59,667 nt of DNA from an uncultured Clostridia bacterium (GTDB taxonomy: Bacteria > Bacillota > Clostridia > Oscillospirales > Acutalibacteraceae): contig CANPZK010000001.1 of assembly GCA_947588875.1 (NCBI GenBank), forward strand, positions 1-59,667. Reading direction: 5' to 3'. Position 1 is the stretch's first letter. Each line of letters begins with the position of its first letter. The position numbers and the translations under genes were made by a program. Below, in pieces: positions 40,450-52,838 of this stretch. The notes under the pieces were generated by a model. It made no database searches. It was not told the DNA's origin and saw only the letters and a list, made by a program, of their open reading frames with translations.

Positions 40450-42411
40450 GTGATATCTGAATTCAAAGGCAGCAATAAGGCGGCGGACGAGTCGCTGTCG
40501 GAGGGCGGCTCGGCAAAGCCCGCAAAGAAAGGCTATTATCAAAAAGTAAGGAGCGGCGCCGCGCCGAAGGCGGCGACGGAAAAGAAGAAAAGCAGCGAAC
40601 GTCTTAGGGAGATAAGCGAGAGCGTATCAAACAATTCAAATCAAAGCGCCCCGTCAAAGCAGGGCGGCAAGACGCAGACGAAAACGCGAAAGACGTATTC
40701 AAACGGAAGAAAGACCACGAGAAAAAAGCAGCCTGCAAAGCAGCAGGTGACAAAGCCGTCGATAAGGATAGCGTTCCTCGGCGGACTGAACGAGATAGGC
40801 AAGAATATAACCGTGTTCGAGTGCTGCGGCGATATGTTTATTCTTGACTGCGGAATGGCGTTTCCCGACGGCGAGATGCTCGGAGTAGACCTTGTTCTGC
40901 CGGATTTTTCTTACGTTGAGGAAAATATAGACAAGATAAAGGGAATAGTTATCACCCACGGTCACGAGGACCACATAGGAGGACTGCCGTTTTTGCTTAA
41001 AAAGGTAAATCTTCCCATATACGGCACGGCGCTGACGATAGGGCTTGTCGAGAACAAGCTCAAGGAGCACAATCTTCTCTACAAGACCCGGCTAAACGAA
41101 ATGAAGGCAGGTCAGTCGGTGCAGTTTGGCTGTATGACGGTCGAAATGATAAGGGTGAATCACTCGATACCTGACGCGGTCGGAGTTGCGATACATTCGC
41201 CGGCGGGAACCATAGTACACACGGGCGACTTTAAAATCGACTGCACGCCGACGGCGGGAGAAATGATAGATATAAGCCGCTTTGCGGAGCTCGGCAGCGA
41301 GGGCGTGCTCGCTCTGCTCGCGGACTCCACAAACGCGGAGCGCCCCGGCTACACGATGACGGAGCGCAGGGTAGGCGCGTCGTTTGACAATCTGTTCAAG
41401 GACGCGGAGGATCAGAGGATAATAATAGCGACCTTCGCCTCGAACATCAACAGGGTACAGCAGATAATCAACTGCGCCCAGAAATACGGCAGAAAGGTCG
41501 CGTTCTCCGGCAGAAGCATGATAAACTATATGACTGTCGCAATGGAGCTTGGATACCTCGACGTTCCCGACGGAGTAATAATAGATATAGATCTGCTCAA
41601 CAAATATCCGGCGGGCAAAATAGTTCTGGTAACGACAGGAAGCCAGGGCGAGCCTATGTCGGCGCTTTACAGAATGGCGTATTCCGACCACAGAAAGGTC
41701 GAGGTAGGTCCCGGAGATTTTATAATAATCTCGGCCAACCCAATTCCCGGCAACGAAAAGACGGTCGGCGCGGTAGTCGACGAGCTTTTAAAGCTCGGCT
41801 GTAAGGTGATATACGAGTCCATGTACGAGGTTCACGTTTCGGGCCACGCCTGTCAGGAGGAGCTGAAGCTGATACAGGGCATAACAAAGCCGAAATATTT
41901 CATTCCCGTCCACGGCGAGCAAAAGCATTTGAGAAAGCACGCCGAGCTTGCATATCAGATGGGAATGGATCATAAAAATGTGTTTATAGGCGATATAGGC
42001 AACGTAATAGAGGTAAACGAGAGCTATATCAAGCAGCTTGAGTCGGTGAAGGCGGGCAAGGTGTTCGTAGACGGGCTCGGAGTGGGAGACGTCGGCAGCA
42101 TCGTGCTGCGCGACAGAAAGCATCTCGGTCAGGACGGACTTATAATAGTTGTCGCGTCGCTCGATTCCTATGACGGACATATAATCTCCGGACCGGATAT
42201 CGTGTCAAGGGGATTCGTATATGTCCGCGAATCCGAAATGCTTATTGAGGAGATAAAGCGAGCCGCCATGGACGTTTTAGAGGACTGCGCCTTTGACAAT
42301 GTCCACGAATGGAACACGATAAAGAATAAAATCAAGGACGAGGTGTCGCACCTTATTTACAGCAAAACAAGGCGCACGCCTATGATACTTCCCATTATTA
42401 TGGACGTGTGA
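40450..42411 (+). CDS. rnj: Ribonuclease J with a ~100-aa basic N-terminal extension
   Basis: LGGLNEIGKN, THGHEDHIG, HVSGHA and PVHGE motifs; GTG start after GGAGG. Confidence 0.95.
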   Translation: MISEFKGSNKAADESLSEGGSAKPAKKGYYQKVRSGAAPKAATEKKKSSERLREISESVSNNSNQSAPSKQGGKTQTKTRKTYSNGRKTTRKKQPAKQQVTKPSIRIAFLGGLNEIGKNITVFECCGDMFILDCGMAFPDGEMLGVDLVLPDFSYVEENIDKIKGIVITHGHEDHIGGLPFLLKKVNLPIYGTALTIGLVENKLKEHNLLYKTRLNEMKAGQSVQFGCMTVEMIRVNHSIPDAVGVAIHSPAGTIVHTGDFKIDCTPTAGEMIDISRFAELGSEGVLALLADSTNAERPGYTMTERRVGASFDNLFKDAEDQRIIIATFASNINRVQQIINCAQKYGRKVAFSGRSMINYMTVAMELGYLDVPDGVIIDIDLLNKYPAGKIVLVTTGSQGEPMSALYRMAYSDHRKVEVGPGDFIIISANPIPGNEKTVGAVVDELLKLGCKVIYESMYEVHVSGHACQEELKLIQGITKPKYFIPVHGEQKHLRKHAELAYQMGMDHKNVFIGDIGNVIEVNESYIKQLESVKAGKVFVDGLGVGDVGSIVLRDRKHLGQDGLIIVVASLDSYDGHIISGPDIVSRGFVYVRESEMLIEEIKRAAMDVLEDCAFDNVHEWNTIKNKIKDEVSHLIYSKTRRTPMILPIIMDV

Positions 42412-42469
42412 CTTTGATTTAAGCCGTTAAAAGCGAGTGAAAAAAACTATTGAAAGGAGAGTATGGAAA

Positions 42470-44440
42470 ATGAAGAAAAAAAGACTCTGGACGCTGACCC
42501 CGTTTTTTTTGATATTTTCCGCCGCCATATTAGCTATGGCGATATTCTCCTACCGATGGAATATATACATATTCGCCATTGAAATGGCGATAGCTGCGGC
42601 GTCGATAGCGGTCGTAGCCCTGACGATGAGATATTACAACAGCTATATAAGGTCCGTCGTCAAAAACAGCGCGAAGGGCGTAAAGGGCGTAAACGTGACG
42701 TACCTTGAAAAATTCCCGATGCCCGTTCTCGTGGCGGGGAAAAAGGGAGACGTAGTCTGGTACAACAAGCTATTCAAGCACAACATATGCGGCGGCAGAG
42801 AGGCCGCGGGCGATTTTGTAACGCAGTATACCTCGGGAGTCGAGATAAACAAACTGCTCACCTACGAATCTACAAATGTTTCCTACGGCGAAAAAAAATA
42901 TACCGTCTTTGCCAACGAGGTGACAGACGGCGCGGTTTTATATTTTATAGACGACACGAAATACAAAAGAATCGCGACAGAATACGCCGACACCCGACCG
43001 GTCGTCGCTATGCTGACGTTTGACAACAGGGAGGAATTTGAGCGCGATTATGACGACGAGCAGCTTGCGCACGCGGTCGTTATAGTTGAAAACACGCTGC
43101 AGAAATGGGCGACGAAGAACCACGCCATGTATAAAAAGGTGTCGGGAAGCAGGTATCTCGTGATAATGGAGGAGAGAAATTTCCGCGACCTTTTGGCGGA
43201 TAAATTTTCGATTCTCGACGAGGTCAAGTCGCTGAGCTTCAGCGGCGGAAAGGTCGCGACGGTATCAATAGGAGTAGGACGAGGTGGACAGGGCTACCGC
43301 GAAAACGAGATAAAGGCGCGAAAGGCTCTTGAAATGGCGCTCGGGCGCGGCGGCGACCAGGCGGCTGTAAAGACGGGCGAATCATTCCGCTTTTTCGGCG
43401 GCGGCTCCAGCGGATACGCAAAGCTCGACAAGGTGAGGGCGAGGGTCATCGCCGGCACGCTTATAGACCATATAAAGGCGAGCGATAACGTCCTCATTAT
43501 GGGTCACGTCAACTCAGACCTCGACTGCATCGGCGCGGCGATAGGTCTGTGGAGCGCGGTGACAAAGTCGCAGAACAAGCCCGCCCACGTTGTTGTCGAC
43601 CAGAGTATGTCGGTAGCTACGCCGATAATAGAGAGCTTTAAGCAGTCGGGCGGCGCCCATATGTTTATGGAGCCGGAGGAGGCTCTGCTCACCGTAAACG
43701 ACAAGACGCTGCTGATAATAGTCGATACACATTCGCCGACCTTTCTTGAAAGCGTGGAGCTTTATAAGAGGTGCAAGTCCGTGGTCGTGATAGACCATCA
43801 CAGAATGATGGTAAATCATATAGATAACTGCCTCGTGTTTTTCCACGAGCCGTTCGCATCGTCCGCGTCGGAAATGGCGGCGGAGCTGATACAGTATATG
43901 GGCGAAAACGTCCTGACAAGGCTCGAGGCGGAGGCGCTGCTCGCGGGGATAATGCTCGATACAAAGAACTTTGTGTTGAAAACGGGTGTGCGCACCTTTG
44001 AGGCGGCGGCGTATCTGCGCCAGTGCGGAGCGGATACGGTCGAGGTCAAGCGACTTTTCTCAAATTCGATAGATTCATATAAGACGAAATATCAGATAGT
44101 TTCTCAGGCGGAGGTCTACAATAGCTGCGCGATAGCCTGCGCCGACGACCTCGGCGGGGATATGCGCGTGACAGCCGCGCAGGCGGCAGACGAGCTTTTG
44201 AGCCTGCACGACGTTGTAGCGTCGTTTGTGCTTTTCAAAAACGAGGATAAAATCAATATCTCGGCGCGTTCGCTCGGAGATTTAAACGTGCAGCTCGTTA
44301 TGGAGCAGCTCGGCGGCGGAGGCCATATGACCATGGCGGGCGCACAGATCAAGGACAGCAAAATGAGCGAGGTCAGAGAAAGACTTGTCGATATAATAAG
44401 CAAGATGGACATAAAGATACCAAGGGAGGAAGTAAAATGA
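42470..44440 (+). CDS. gdpP: c-di-AMP phosphodiesterase GdpP (DHH/DHHA1)
   Basis: Two N-terminal TMs, degenerate GGDEF (GRGGDQA), IDHH and GGGGH; lies upstream of rplI. Confidence 0.9.
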   Translation: MKKKRLWTLTPFFLIFSAAILAMAIFSYRWNIYIFAIEMAIAAASIAVVALTMRYYNSYIRSVVKNSAKGVKGVNVTYLEKFPMPVLVAGKKGDVVWYNKLFKHNICGGREAAGDFVTQYTSGVEINKLLTYESTNVSYGEKKYTVFANEVTDGAVLYFIDDTKYKRIATEYADTRPVVAMLTFDNREEFERDYDDEQLAHAVVIVENTLQKWATKNHAMYKKVSGSRYLVIMEERNFRDLLADKFSILDEVKSLSFSGGKVATVSIGVGRGGQGYRENEIKARKALEMALGRGGDQAAVKTGESFRFFGGGSSGYAKLDKVRARVIAGTLIDHIKASDNVLIMGHVNSDLDCIGAAIGLWSAVTKSQNKPAHVVVDQSMSVATPIIESFKQSGGAHMFMEPEEALLTVNDKTLLIIVDTHSPTFLESVELYKRCKSVVVIDHHRMMVNHIDNCLVFFHEPFASSASEMAAELIQYMGENVLTRLEAEALLAGIMLDTKNFVLKTGVRTFEAAAYLRQCGADTVEVKRLFSNSIDSYKTKYQIVSQAEVYNSCAIACADDLGGDMRVTAAQAADELLSLHDVVASFVLFKNEDKINISARSLGDLNVQLVMEQLGGGGHMTMAGAQIKDSKMSEVRERLVDIISKMDIKIPREEVK

Positions 44441-44883
44441 AGGTAGTGCTTTTGCAGGACGTAAAGGGCAGCGGAAAAAAAGGGGAGCTTGTGAATGTTT
44501 CCGACGGATACGCAAGAAATTTTCTTTTGCCGAGAAAGCTCGCGAAAGAGGCTAACGCCCAGGCAATGAACGAGCTTAAAAACGCGGAAAACTCGCGGAA
44601 GTTCAAAATTGAAACGGACACGGCGAACGCAAACTCGGCAAAGGCAGTCTTGGAGAAGGGTATAATAAAGATAAGTGCAAAGGCGGGGAAGAACAACAAG
44701 CTCTTCGGCTCCGTCACGTCGAAGGAGATAAGCGGCGAAATCAAAAAGCAGCTCGGAATAGACGTTGACAAGAGGAAGATAACGCTTGAAACCGAAATAA
44801 AATCCTACGGCACCTATAACTGCGACGTTAAGCTGTATCAGGGGATAACGGCAAAGCTCAGAGTGCAGGTCGCCGAGGAGTAA
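44437..44883 (+). CDS. rplI: 50S ribosomal protein L9
   Basis: [15 protein letters not shown]...[10 protein letters not shown]. Confidence 0.98.
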   Translation: MKVVLLQDVKGSGKKGELVNVSDGYARNFLLPRKLAKEANAQAMNELKNAENSRKFKIETDTANANSAKAVLEKGIIKISAKAGKNNKLFGSVTSKEISGEIKKQLGIDVDKRKITLETEIKSYGTYNCDVKLYQGITAKLRVQVAEE

Positions 44884-44898
44884 TTAAGGAGAAACAAA

Positions 44899-46260
44899 AT
44901 GCCGGATTATACAGGCGGTGTAGACAGCTTTTCAATGCCGTACAGCACCGAGGCGGAGCAGTCTGTCCTCGGCAGCGTGCTGATCGACAATAGCTGTATG
45001 GACACCATAGCGGAGATTTTACCGGAGCCGGATTATTTTTACATTGAAAACCACAGAACGATATACGGCGTAATGCTTGACAATTTTGCCTCAGGCAGGC
45101 GCTCGGATTTTGTTACCGTTCTCAATTCGATAAAGACGGGGAGCGGCTTTGACGAGGCTTCGGCAAAGTCCTATCTTCTTCAGCTTGCAAATATCGTTCC
45201 CTCTGTGTCAAACGTTCAGGCTTACGCCGAGATAATCAAGGAAAAGTTTGAGATGCGCTCGCTCATTCTCGCCTCGCGCGAGATACAGGACGAAGCGTCC
45301 TCGGGGGAATTCAGCTCCGAAAGAGTCCTCGACAGCGCGGAGCAGAAGATATACGACATAAGGAATAAAAACGAAATCAAGGGGCTTAAACGGCTGAGCG
45401 CGGTCATTCTTGAAACGATGGACAGGCTCGATATGCTCAACTCTCCGGAGAGCGAGCAGGCAAAGCCCATATCGACGGGAATAGGCGACCTCGACAGAAC
45501 GATAACCGGCTTAAACAGAACCGACCTTATCCTCCTTGCGGCGCGCCCCGGTATGGGAAAGACGAGCTTTGCGCTGAATATAGCAAAGAACGCCGCCGTA
45601 AAGGGCAAAAAGAGGGTGGTCTTTTTCTCGCTGGAAATGTCGCGGGAGCAGCTCGCGTCAAGACTGCTGTCGTCGGAAGCGCTCATCAGCGGAACAACGC
45701 TGAGAACCGGCAAGCTCTCGCAGGACGAGTGGGAGCGGCTCATTCCCGCGTCCGACGTTTTGGGCGCGGCTGAAATGTATCTTGACGACACGCCGGGGCT
45801 TACGGTTCCGGCTATAAAGGCGAAGCTGAGAAGGCTCAAAAACGTGGATCTCGTCGTGATAGATTACCTTCAGCTTATGAGCGGAGCGCGCCGCACGGAC
45901 AACCGTGTGCAGGAGATCTCCGAGATAACAAGGAACCTGAAAATAATGGCGAAGGAGCTTAACGTTCCGGTAATCACGCTGTCGCAGCTCTCGCGTGAAA
46001 GCGAAAAAAGAGCCGACCACAGGCCGCAGCTTTCCGACCTCAGAGATTCCGGCTCGATAGAGCAGGACGCGGACATAGTTTTGTTTTTGTACAGAGAGGG
46101 ATATTACGACAAGGACGGCGGAGAGGACTCGGATACCGATAAAAACAGCGGCGAGTGCCTTGTCGCAAAAAACAGACACGGAGAAACGGGCAGCATAAGG
46201 CTGCATTGGCAGGGCGAATTTATGCGCTTCACATCTCCGGAGGTGCATCGTGAGGAATAA
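44899..46260 (+). CDS. dnaB: Replicative DNA helicase
   Basis: AARPGMGKT, IDYLQLM and DLRDSGSIEQDAD motifs. Confidence 0.98.
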   Translation: MPDYTGGVDSFSMPYSTEAEQSVLGSVLIDNSCMDTIAEILPEPDYFYIENHRTIYGVMLDNFASGRRSDFVTVLNSIKTGSGFDEASAKSYLLQLANIVPSVSNVQAYAEIIKEKFEMRSLILASREIQDEASSGEFSSERVLDSAEQKIYDIRNKNEIKGLKRLSAVILETMDRLDMLNSPESEQAKPISTGIGDLDRTITGLNRTDLILLAARPGMGKTSFALNIAKNAAVKGKKRVVFFSLEMSREQLASRLLSSEALISGTTLRTGKLSQDEWERLIPASDVLGAAEMYLDDTPGLTVPAIKAKLRRLKNVDLVVIDYLQLMSGARRTDNRVQEISEITRNLKIMAKELNVPVITLSQLSRESEKRADHRPQLSDLRDSGSIEQDADIVLFLYREGYYDKDGGEDSDTDKNSGECLVAKNRHGETGSIRLHWQGEFMRFTSPEVHREE

Positions 46261-47596
46261 GATAATCGAAACGATAAAAAAATACGATATGCTTGGCGGC
46301 AGCGATAATATCGTTGTCGCCGTTTCAGGTGGAGCAGATTCAATGTGCCTGCTTCATTTTCTTTACGGCGAAAAAAATAAGCTCGGCATAAATAAAATAT
46401 ATGCAGCCCATGTGAACCACAATATCAGGGGGAGCGAGGCAAAGCGCGACGAGCTTTTTGTAAAGGAGTTCTGCGACAGGCGAAATATACCGTTCTGTCT
46501 GCTGTGCGAGGACGTTCCGGCGCTTGCGCGTAAGCGCGGCACGGGGATAGAGGAAACGGCGCGGAACGTGAGGTACGACTATTTTAAGAGCCTGAGCGAA
46601 AAATACGGCGCGCTCGTCGCGACAGCCCACAACGCGGACGACAACGCGGAGACCGTGATATACAACCTCGCGCGGGGCAGCGGATTAAAGGGGCTGTGCG
46701 GCATACCGCCCAAGCGCGGGTATATAATAAGACCGCTGATAACCGCCGCGCGGTGCGAAATAGAGCAATACTGCCGCGAAAACGGCGTAGCTTATGTAAC
46801 GGACAGCACAAACCTTGAGGACGAGTACAGCAGAAACAGGATAAGGCATAAAGTAATACCCGTGCTGCGCGATATAAACCCCTCCCTCGAGAGCGCGGTG
46901 ACAAACGCGGCGGAGCTTTTAAGACAGGACGAGGAGTATCTCTCCTCACTAGCGGCAAGGGCGCTTGACGGCGCAAGGAGAGATAACGGTTATCTCACGT
47001 CAATGCTCAGCGAGCTGCCCGCTCCGATTTTGTCAAGAGCGGTGATGCGCGCGGCGTTTGATTGCGCGGGTATAAGGCTCGACAATACCGCGGTAAAATC
47101 AATATGCGAGGCGATAAAAAGCGGCGGCAGGGTAAATGTCAGCGGCGACCTTTTCGCGGACGCGAACAGCGGCTTGTTCAGGCTTTATCGCAAAACTGCG
47201 GCGAGTCCGAGCGAGTCCCGCCGCATATTGGGCGCGGACGAGGTGAAACTTAACGGCAGAAGGGCGGAATTTACCGTAATTCCAAAAAAAGAATTTGATA
47301 AGCGTTTAAAATTTAACAATTTGTTATTTAAATACTCTCTCGACTATGATATAATAAACGCTGATACGGTTATAAGAGCGCGCAGGAGCGGGGACAGCTT
47401 CTCACCGTATAAGCGCGGCTTTACAAAGTCTGTCAAAAAATTTTTGATAGACGAGAAAATACCGCGTGAGCAGCGCGACGGACTTTTGCTGATTGCAAAC
47501 GGAAACGGCGTGCTCTGGCTCGAGCGCTTCGGAGCGTCGCGGCAGGCGGCTGTAAGCTCAAAAACCGACAGAGTGCTTGTTATAAAGATAAGCTGA
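46250..47596 (+). CDS. tilS: tRNA(Ile)-lysidine synthetase
   Basis: AVSGGADS, ATAHNADDNAET and RNRIRH motifs. Confidence 0.96.
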   Translation: MRNKIIETIKKYDMLGGSDNIVVAVSGGADSMCLLHFLYGEKNKLGINKIYAAHVNHNIRGSEAKRDELFVKEFCDRRNIPFCLLCEDVPALARKRGTGIEETARNVRYDYFKSLSEKYGALVATAHNADDNAETVIYNLARGSGLKGLCGIPPKRGYIIRPLITAARCEIEQYCRENGVAYVTDSTNLEDEYSRNRIRHKVIPVLRDINPSLESAVTNAAELLRQDEEYLSSLAARALDGARRDNGYLTSMLSELPAPILSRAVMRAAFDCAGIRLDNTAVKSICEAIKSGGRVNVSGDLFADANSGLFRLYRKTAASPSESRRILGADEVKLNGRRAEFTVIPKKEFDKRLKFNNLLFKYSLDYDIINADTVIRARRSGDSFSPYKRGFTKSVKKFLIDEKIPREQRDGLLLIANGNGVLWLERFGASRQAAVSSKTDRVLVIKIS

Positions 47597-47609
47597 AGCT
47601 CAAAGGGGC

Positions 47610-48164
47610 GTGACGATGAACAGCGATATTGAAAGAGTGCTGATAGACGAAAAGCGGCTGAGCGAAATAAATAAGTCGCTCGGAGAGAGAATATCAAGGG
47701 ATTACGAGGGTAAAAGACTTCTTGTGGTCTGCGTCATCAAGGGCAGCCTGATATTCACGGCGGATCTTCTAAGGAGAATCAGCGTTCCGTGCGAGCTTGA
47801 ATTTATACAGGCGTCAAGCTACGGCTCGGGCGCCGTTTCAAGCGGCAGAGTCGAAATAAAAAGGGATATTCCGTATCCGATAGATGAATATGATATACTC
47901 ATTGTCGAGGACATTATAGACAGCGGACGCACTCTGCGCAGCGTAATAGATCATCTTGAGGAGAGAAATGCAAAAAGCGTCAGCGTATGCACCCTGCTCA
48001 GCAAGCCGTCAAGGCGCGAGGTCGATGTTGACGTTAAATATATAGGCGAGGAAGTGCCGGACCTTTTCGTGGTGGGCTACGGACTCGACTACGCGGAGAG
48101 ATACAGGAGCCTTCCGTATGTTGGCGTATTGAAGCCGCAGGTTTATGAAAATAAAGAGGTGTAA
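47610..48164 (+). CDS. hpt: Hypoxanthine phosphoribosyltransferase
   Basis: [12 protein letters not shown] and FVVGYGLDY motifs. Confidence 0.96.
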   Translation: MTMNSDIERVLIDEKRLSEINKSLGERISRDYEGKRLLVVCVIKGSLIFTADLLRRISVPCELEFIQASSYGSGAVSSGRVEIKRDIPYPIDEYDILIVEDIIDSGRTLRSVIDHLEERNAKSVSVCTLLSKPSRREVDVDVKYIGEEVPDLFVVGYGLDYAERYRSLPYVGVLKPQVYENKEV

Positions 48165-48166
48165 GG

Positions 48167-50128
48167 ATGGACAATAAGAAAAATACAAAAAATATTATTC
48201 TCGCTATCGCGGTATGCATAGCCGTAATATTTGCCATTGTGTTTATTTTTCAGATGCAGCCCAAGTATGCGTACAAGTATTCAGACATAATTTCCCTTTT
48301 TGCCGACGACAAGGTTGAGGAATACACGCTTGACCTAGGCAGCGGAGAGATGGAGATACAGCTTCGCCCGGGCGCTGAATTTAAGCCGGACGACCCGCAG
48401 AAATCACCTCCCGTGCCAAAGCCGGCGACAAAGGACAAGGGGATAAAGCTCGAATATACCGCGCCGAGCGCGACCCTTATTTATGAGGATATAAAGGATT
48501 ATGTAAACAATTACAACTCGGAGAACAAGGACAAGCCGATTGTATATGACTACAAGAAATCGAGCGATAATTCATGGCTCGTCGGACTGCTGCCGAATAT
48601 AATACTCATAGTTCTGATAGTGATTTTCTATATTTATATTATGCGCCGAATGTCCGGCGGCGGCGTGGGCGATATGGGAAAAACGTCGAGCTTCGGCAAG
48701 ACTAAAATCAGAAATATGAGCGATGAAAAGCACAAGACCACCTTTGAGGACGTTGCGGGCGCAGACGAGGAAAAGGAAGAGCTTGAGGAGATAGTCGAGT
48801 TTTTGAAGGAGCCGAAAAAATTCAACGAGCTGGGCGCAAAGATACCCAAGGGCGTGCTGCTCGTCGGCCCTCCGGGAACAGGTAAGACGCTGCTTGCGAG
48901 AGCCGTTGCCGGAGAAGCGGGCGTTCCGTTCTTCTCAATGTCAGGCTCCGACTTTGTTGAGATGTTTGTCGGAGTCGGCGCGTCGAGAGTCAGAGATTTG
49001 TTTGAGCAGGCGAAAAAGAACTCGCCGTGCATAATATTTATCGACGAAATAGACGCGGTCGGCAGGCAGAGAGGAACAGGGCTCGGCGGCGGACACGACG
49101 AGAGAGAGCAGACGCTGAACCAGCTCCTTGTTGAGATGGACGGCTTCGGCATAAACGAGGGCATCATAATAATCGCCGCGACGAACCGTCCTGATATTCT
49201 CGACCCCGCTCTTATGCGCCCGGGCAGATTCGACAGGCAGGTAGTTGTCGGCTATCCCGACGTTAAGGGCAGAGAGGCTATCCTAAAGGTACATTCGAGA
49301 AAGAAGCCGCTCGCGCCGGACGTTAAGCTGTCGGTCATAGCAAAATCCACAGCCGGCTTTACCGGAGCGGATCTTGAAAATCTCCTGAACGAGGCGGCTC
49401 TGCTTGCCGCACGCAAGAGCAAAAAGGCGATAACTATGGAGGAGATCGAGGAGGCAACCATAAAGGTAGTTGTCGGCGCGGAGAAGAAGTCAAAGGTGAT
49501 GAGCGATAAGGAAAAGCTCCTGACCGCATACCACGAGGCGGGCCACGCGATAACCTTCCACGTTTGCGACACTCAGGACCCCGTGCATCAGATCTCGATA
49601 ATTCCGCGAGGAATGGCGGGCGGCTATACGATGCCGCTGCCGAGCGAGGATAAGTCGTATAAGTCCAAGCGCGAGATGGAGGAGGATATAGTAGTTTGTC
49701 TCGGAGGCAGGGTCGCCGAGGCGTTGATACTCGACGATATTTCCACCGGCGCGTCGAACGACATTGAAAAGGCGACGAAAACCGCCCGCGCGATGGTTAC
49801 GAAATACGGCATGAGCAAAAAGCTCGGCCCTATCAACTATACGAGCGGAGGAACCGAGGTGTTCCTCGGCAGAGATATGGGTCACGGCAGAGATTTCTCA
49901 GAGCGCACAGCGGCGATAATAGACGACGAGGTGCTTTCTATCGTGAACAGCGGATATGACAAGGCGGAGAAGATAATCAGCGAGCATATCGACAAGCTCC
50001 ACGAGGTGGCGAAATATCTTCTCAAGCACGAAAAAATGGACGGCGAAACCTTTGAGCAGGTTATGAACGGAACCTATGTTGAAGCCGAGTCCGAGGACGA
50101 GGACGCAGACGGCTCCGAGGAAAAATAA
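48167..50128 (+). CDS. ftsH: ATP-dependent zinc metalloprotease FtsH
   Basis: Two TMs; [15 protein letters not shown] and HEAGH motifs. Confidence 0.98.
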   Translation: MDNKKNTKNIILAIAVCIAVIFAIVFIFQMQPKYAYKYSDIISLFADDKVEEYTLDLGSGEMEIQLRPGAEFKPDDPQKSPPVPKPATKDKGIKLEYTAPSATLIYEDIKDYVNNYNSENKDKPIVYDYKKSSDNSWLVGLLPNIILIVLIVIFYIYIMRRMSGGGVGDMGKTSSFGKTKIRNMSDEKHKTTFEDVAGADEEKEELEEIVEFLKEPKKFNELGAKIPKGVLLVGPPGTGKTLLARAVAGEAGVPFFSMSGSDFVEMFVGVGASRVRDLFEQAKKNSPCIIFIDEIDAVGRQRGTGLGGGHDEREQTLNQLLVEMDGFGINEGIIIIAATNRPDILDPALMRPGRFDRQVVVGYPDVKGREAILKVHSRKKPLAPDVKLSVIAKSTAGFTGADLENLLNEAALLAARKSKKAITMEEIEEATIKVVVGAEKKSKVMSDKEKLLTAYHEAGHAITFHVCDTQDPVHQISIIPRGMAGGYTMPLPSEDKSYKSKREMEEDIVVCLGGRVAEALILDDISTGASNDIEKATKTARAMVTKYGMSKKLGPINYTSGGTEVFLGRDMGHGRDFSERTAAIIDDEVLSIVNSGYDKAEKIISEHIDKLHEVAKYLLKHEKMDGETFEQVMNGTYVEAESEDEDADGSEEK

Positions 50129-50131
50129 AAT

Positions 50132-50170
50132 ACAGAGCGCGGCGGGATTTTCGCCGCGCTTTGTCTTTTT
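50132..50170 (+). terminator. ftsH terminator
   Basis: ACAGAGCGCGGCG/CGCCGCGCTTTGT-CTTTTT. Confidence 0.8.
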
Positions 50171-50299
50171 AAAGCGTTTTTGCTTTGCTGTTTAATTGAA
50201 ATAGCCCCGCGTCTGCGCGCCGTTTACAAGCGTGCGAGAGATATGCACGCCGCCGCGAAAGAAAATATACCACTTTTTCTCTTTTCGCCAAAATATATG

Positions 50300-50328
50300 T
50301 TGATTTTTTCTTTGCGTTGTTATATACT
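50300..50328 (+). promoter_or_regulatory. Probable SigA promoter of pflB
   Basis: TTGATT-N17-TATACT. Confidence 0.55.
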
Positions 50329-50491
50329 ATCTATGCAACAAAAAACCAAATACGCATATATGGTGTTAAAAAAATGATTTATTAAAAATCAACACAATAT
50401 GTAGTTGTGCAATTTGCATAAAAATTTTGCAACTGATTATTGTTTTAGTACACCTTATTATATCGTTATTTTTTATAGGAGGGATTTCTTT

Positions 50492-52744
50492 ATGGAGGAG
50501 AAGGTACAGTGGAGAGGCTTTAAGGGCAGACGTTGGCAGGAGGAAATTGATACAAGAGATTTTATCCAGAATAACTACACGATGTACGACGGCGACGAGT
50601 CCTTTTTATCCGGCCCGACCGAGGCGACCGAGATACTTTGGGACGAGCTGCAAAAGCTCCAAAAGGAGGAAAGAGCTAAGGGCGGAGTCCTCGACATGGA
50701 CGCGGATATTGTTTCAACTCTCACGTCGCACGGCCCGGGATATATAAACGAGAAATATAAATCCCTCGAGAAAATAGTCGGGTTACAGACGGACAAGCCG
50801 TTAAAGCGCGCGTTTATGCCCTTTGGCGGGATAAAGATGGCGGAGGAGGCGCTGACAACGCACGGCTATACGCCCAATCCCGAGCTTCATAAAATATTTA
50901 CGCAGTATCACAAGACGCATAATCAGGGCGTTTTTGACGCATATACCCCCGAAATAAAAAGAGCCCGCCACAACAAGATAATAACGGGACTTCCTGATAC
51001 CTACGGCAGAGGCAGAATAGTCGGGGATTACCGCAGGGTAGCCCTTTACGGAATAGACTACCTCATGCAAAAAAAGAAGGAGGACTTCAACGCCTGCGGC
51101 TCCGGCTCCATGAAGGGCGAGGTCATCAGGCTCAGAGAGGAAATAACAGAGCAGTACAACGCGCTTGCCGAAATGAAGAAAATGGCGAATATATACGGCT
51201 ATGATATTTCACAGCCGGCAAATAACGCGCGTGAAGCCGTTCAATGGCTGTATTTCGGCTATCTTGCCGCAATTAAGACCCAAAACGGCGCGGCTATGAG
51301 CGTAGGAAGAATTTCAACCTTCCTCGATATTTATATTCAGCGCGATCTTGAAGAGGGCACACTCACCGAGAGCGAGGCTCAGGAGCTTATCGACCACCTT
51401 GTTATGAAGTTCAGAATGGTAAAGTTCGCGAGAATACCGTCGTATAACGAGCTTTTCTCCGGCGATCCGGTTTGGGCGACGCTCGAAGTGGCCGGACTCG
51501 GCGACGACGGGCGCTCCATGGTAACGAAAAATGATTTCCGTTTCCTGCATACTCTTGAGAATATGGGGCCGGCTCCGGAGCCTAACCTCACGGTTTTGTA
51601 TTCCTCACGCCTCCCGAAAAACTTTAAAAACTACGCCTCGCTTATCTCAATAAAGACAAGCTCGGTTCAGTATGAAAACGACGACGTTATGCGCCCGATA
51701 TGGGGCGACGATTACTCCATATGCTGCTGCGTATCCGCGACTCAGACCGGCAAGGAAATGCAGTTCTTCGGCGCTCGCGCAAATCTTGCCAAGTGTTTGC
51801 TTTATGCGATAAACGGCGGAGTCGATGAAAAAACAAAGGCTCAGGTCGGACCGAAGTACGCGGCGGTGACGAGCGAGTATCTCGACTATGACGACGTTAT
51901 GGAAAAGTACGACGCCATGATGGATTGGCTTGCCGACATCTATGTAAACGCGCTCAATCTTATACACTATATGCACGACAAGTACTATTACGAGGCCGCC
52001 GAGATGGCTCTTATAGATACGAATGTGAGAAGAACGTTCGCAACAGGCATAGCGGGATTTTCTCATGTTGTAGATTCGATTTCGGCTATAAAGTACGCAA
52101 AGGTCAGAGCGATACGCGACGACGACGGCATCGTGGTCGATTATGACGTTCAGGGCGAGTTCCCGCGCTACGGCAACGACGACGACAGAGCCGACTCGAT
52201 AGCCGTGTGGCTGCTCAAGACCTTCCTTTCAAAGATAAAAAAGCACCACACCTATCGCCGCTCGGAGGCCACCACGTCTATATTGACCATAACCTCCAAC
52301 GTGGTCTACGGCAAGGCGACGGGCTCGCTTCCGGACGGAAGAAAGGCGGGAGAGCCGCTTGCCCCCGGAGCAAATCCGAGCTACGGTGCGGAAAAGAACG
52401 GGCTTTTGGCGTCGCTGAACTCCGTTGCGAAGCTGCCGTATGAATACGCGCTTGACGGAATTTCCAACACGCAGACCATCAACCCGGACGCTCTCGGACA
52501 CACGGACGGAGAGCGCGTTGAAAATCTTGTGCAGATAATGGACGGATATTTCGACCAGGGCGCGCACCATTTGAACGTGAACGTATTCGGCACGGAGAAG
52601 CTCATAGATTGTATGGAGCATCCGGAAAAGGAGGAGTATCAGAACTTCACGATTAGAGTTTCAGGATATGCCGTTAAGTTTATAGATCTCACGCGCGAGC
52701 AGCAGTTGGACGTTATTGCGAGAACCTGCCACGGCGTTATCTGA
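50492..52744 (+). CDS. pflB: Pyruvate formate-lyase
   Basis: [23 protein letters not shown] and the glycyl radical motif IRVSGY; ATG 50492 follows AGGAGG. Confidence 0.97.
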   Translation: MEEKVQWRGFKGRRWQEEIDTRDFIQNNYTMYDGDESFLSGPTEATEILWDELQKLQKEERAKGGVLDMDADIVSTLTSHGPGYINEKYKSLEKIVGLQTDKPLKRAFMPFGGIKMAEEALTTHGYTPNPELHKIFTQYHKTHNQGVFDAYTPEIKRARHNKIITGLPDTYGRGRIVGDYRRVALYGIDYLMQKKKEDFNACGSGSMKGEVIRLREEITEQYNALAEMKKMANIYGYDISQPANNAREAVQWLYFGYLAAIKTQNGAAMSVGRISTFLDIYIQRDLEEGTLTESEAQELIDHLVMKFRMVKFARIPSYNELFSGDPVWATLEVAGLGDDGRSMVTKNDFRFLHTLENMGPAPEPNLTVLYSSRLPKNFKNYASLISIKTSSVQYENDDVMRPIWGDDYSICCCVSATQTGKEMQFFGARANLAKCLLYAINGGVDEKTKAQVGPKYAAVTSEYLDYDDVMEKYDAMMDWLADIYVNALNLIHYMHDKYYYEAAEMALIDTNVRRTFATGIAGFSHVVDSISAIKYAKVRAIRDDDGIVVDYDVQGEFPRYGNDDDRADSIAVWLLKTFLSKIKKHHTYRRSEATTSILTITSNVVYGKATGSLPDGRKAGEPLAPGANPSYGAEKNGLLASLNSVAKLPYEYALDGISNTQTINPDALGHTDGERVENLVQIMDGYFDQGAHHLNVNVFGTEKLIDCMEHPEKEEYQNFTIRVSGYAVKFIDLTREQQLDVIARTCHGVI

Positions 52745-52761
52745 TAGTTAAACGAGCAGAG

Positions 52762-52797
52762 GACTGCCGCAAAGTGAAATTTGCGGCGGTCTTTTTT
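52762..52797 (+). terminator. pflB terminator
   Basis: GACTGCCGCAAA/TTTGCGGCGGTC-TTTTTT. Confidence 0.85.
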
Positions 52798-52838
52798 GAG
52801 GCGCAGGGCGCTTGTGAGAGGAATCTCTGACAGGGGGG

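Noticed and set aside
50170-50491. ZTP (pfl) riboswitch upstream of pflB
   Set aside because: I could not recognise the ZTP aptamer motifs or an expression-platform terminator.
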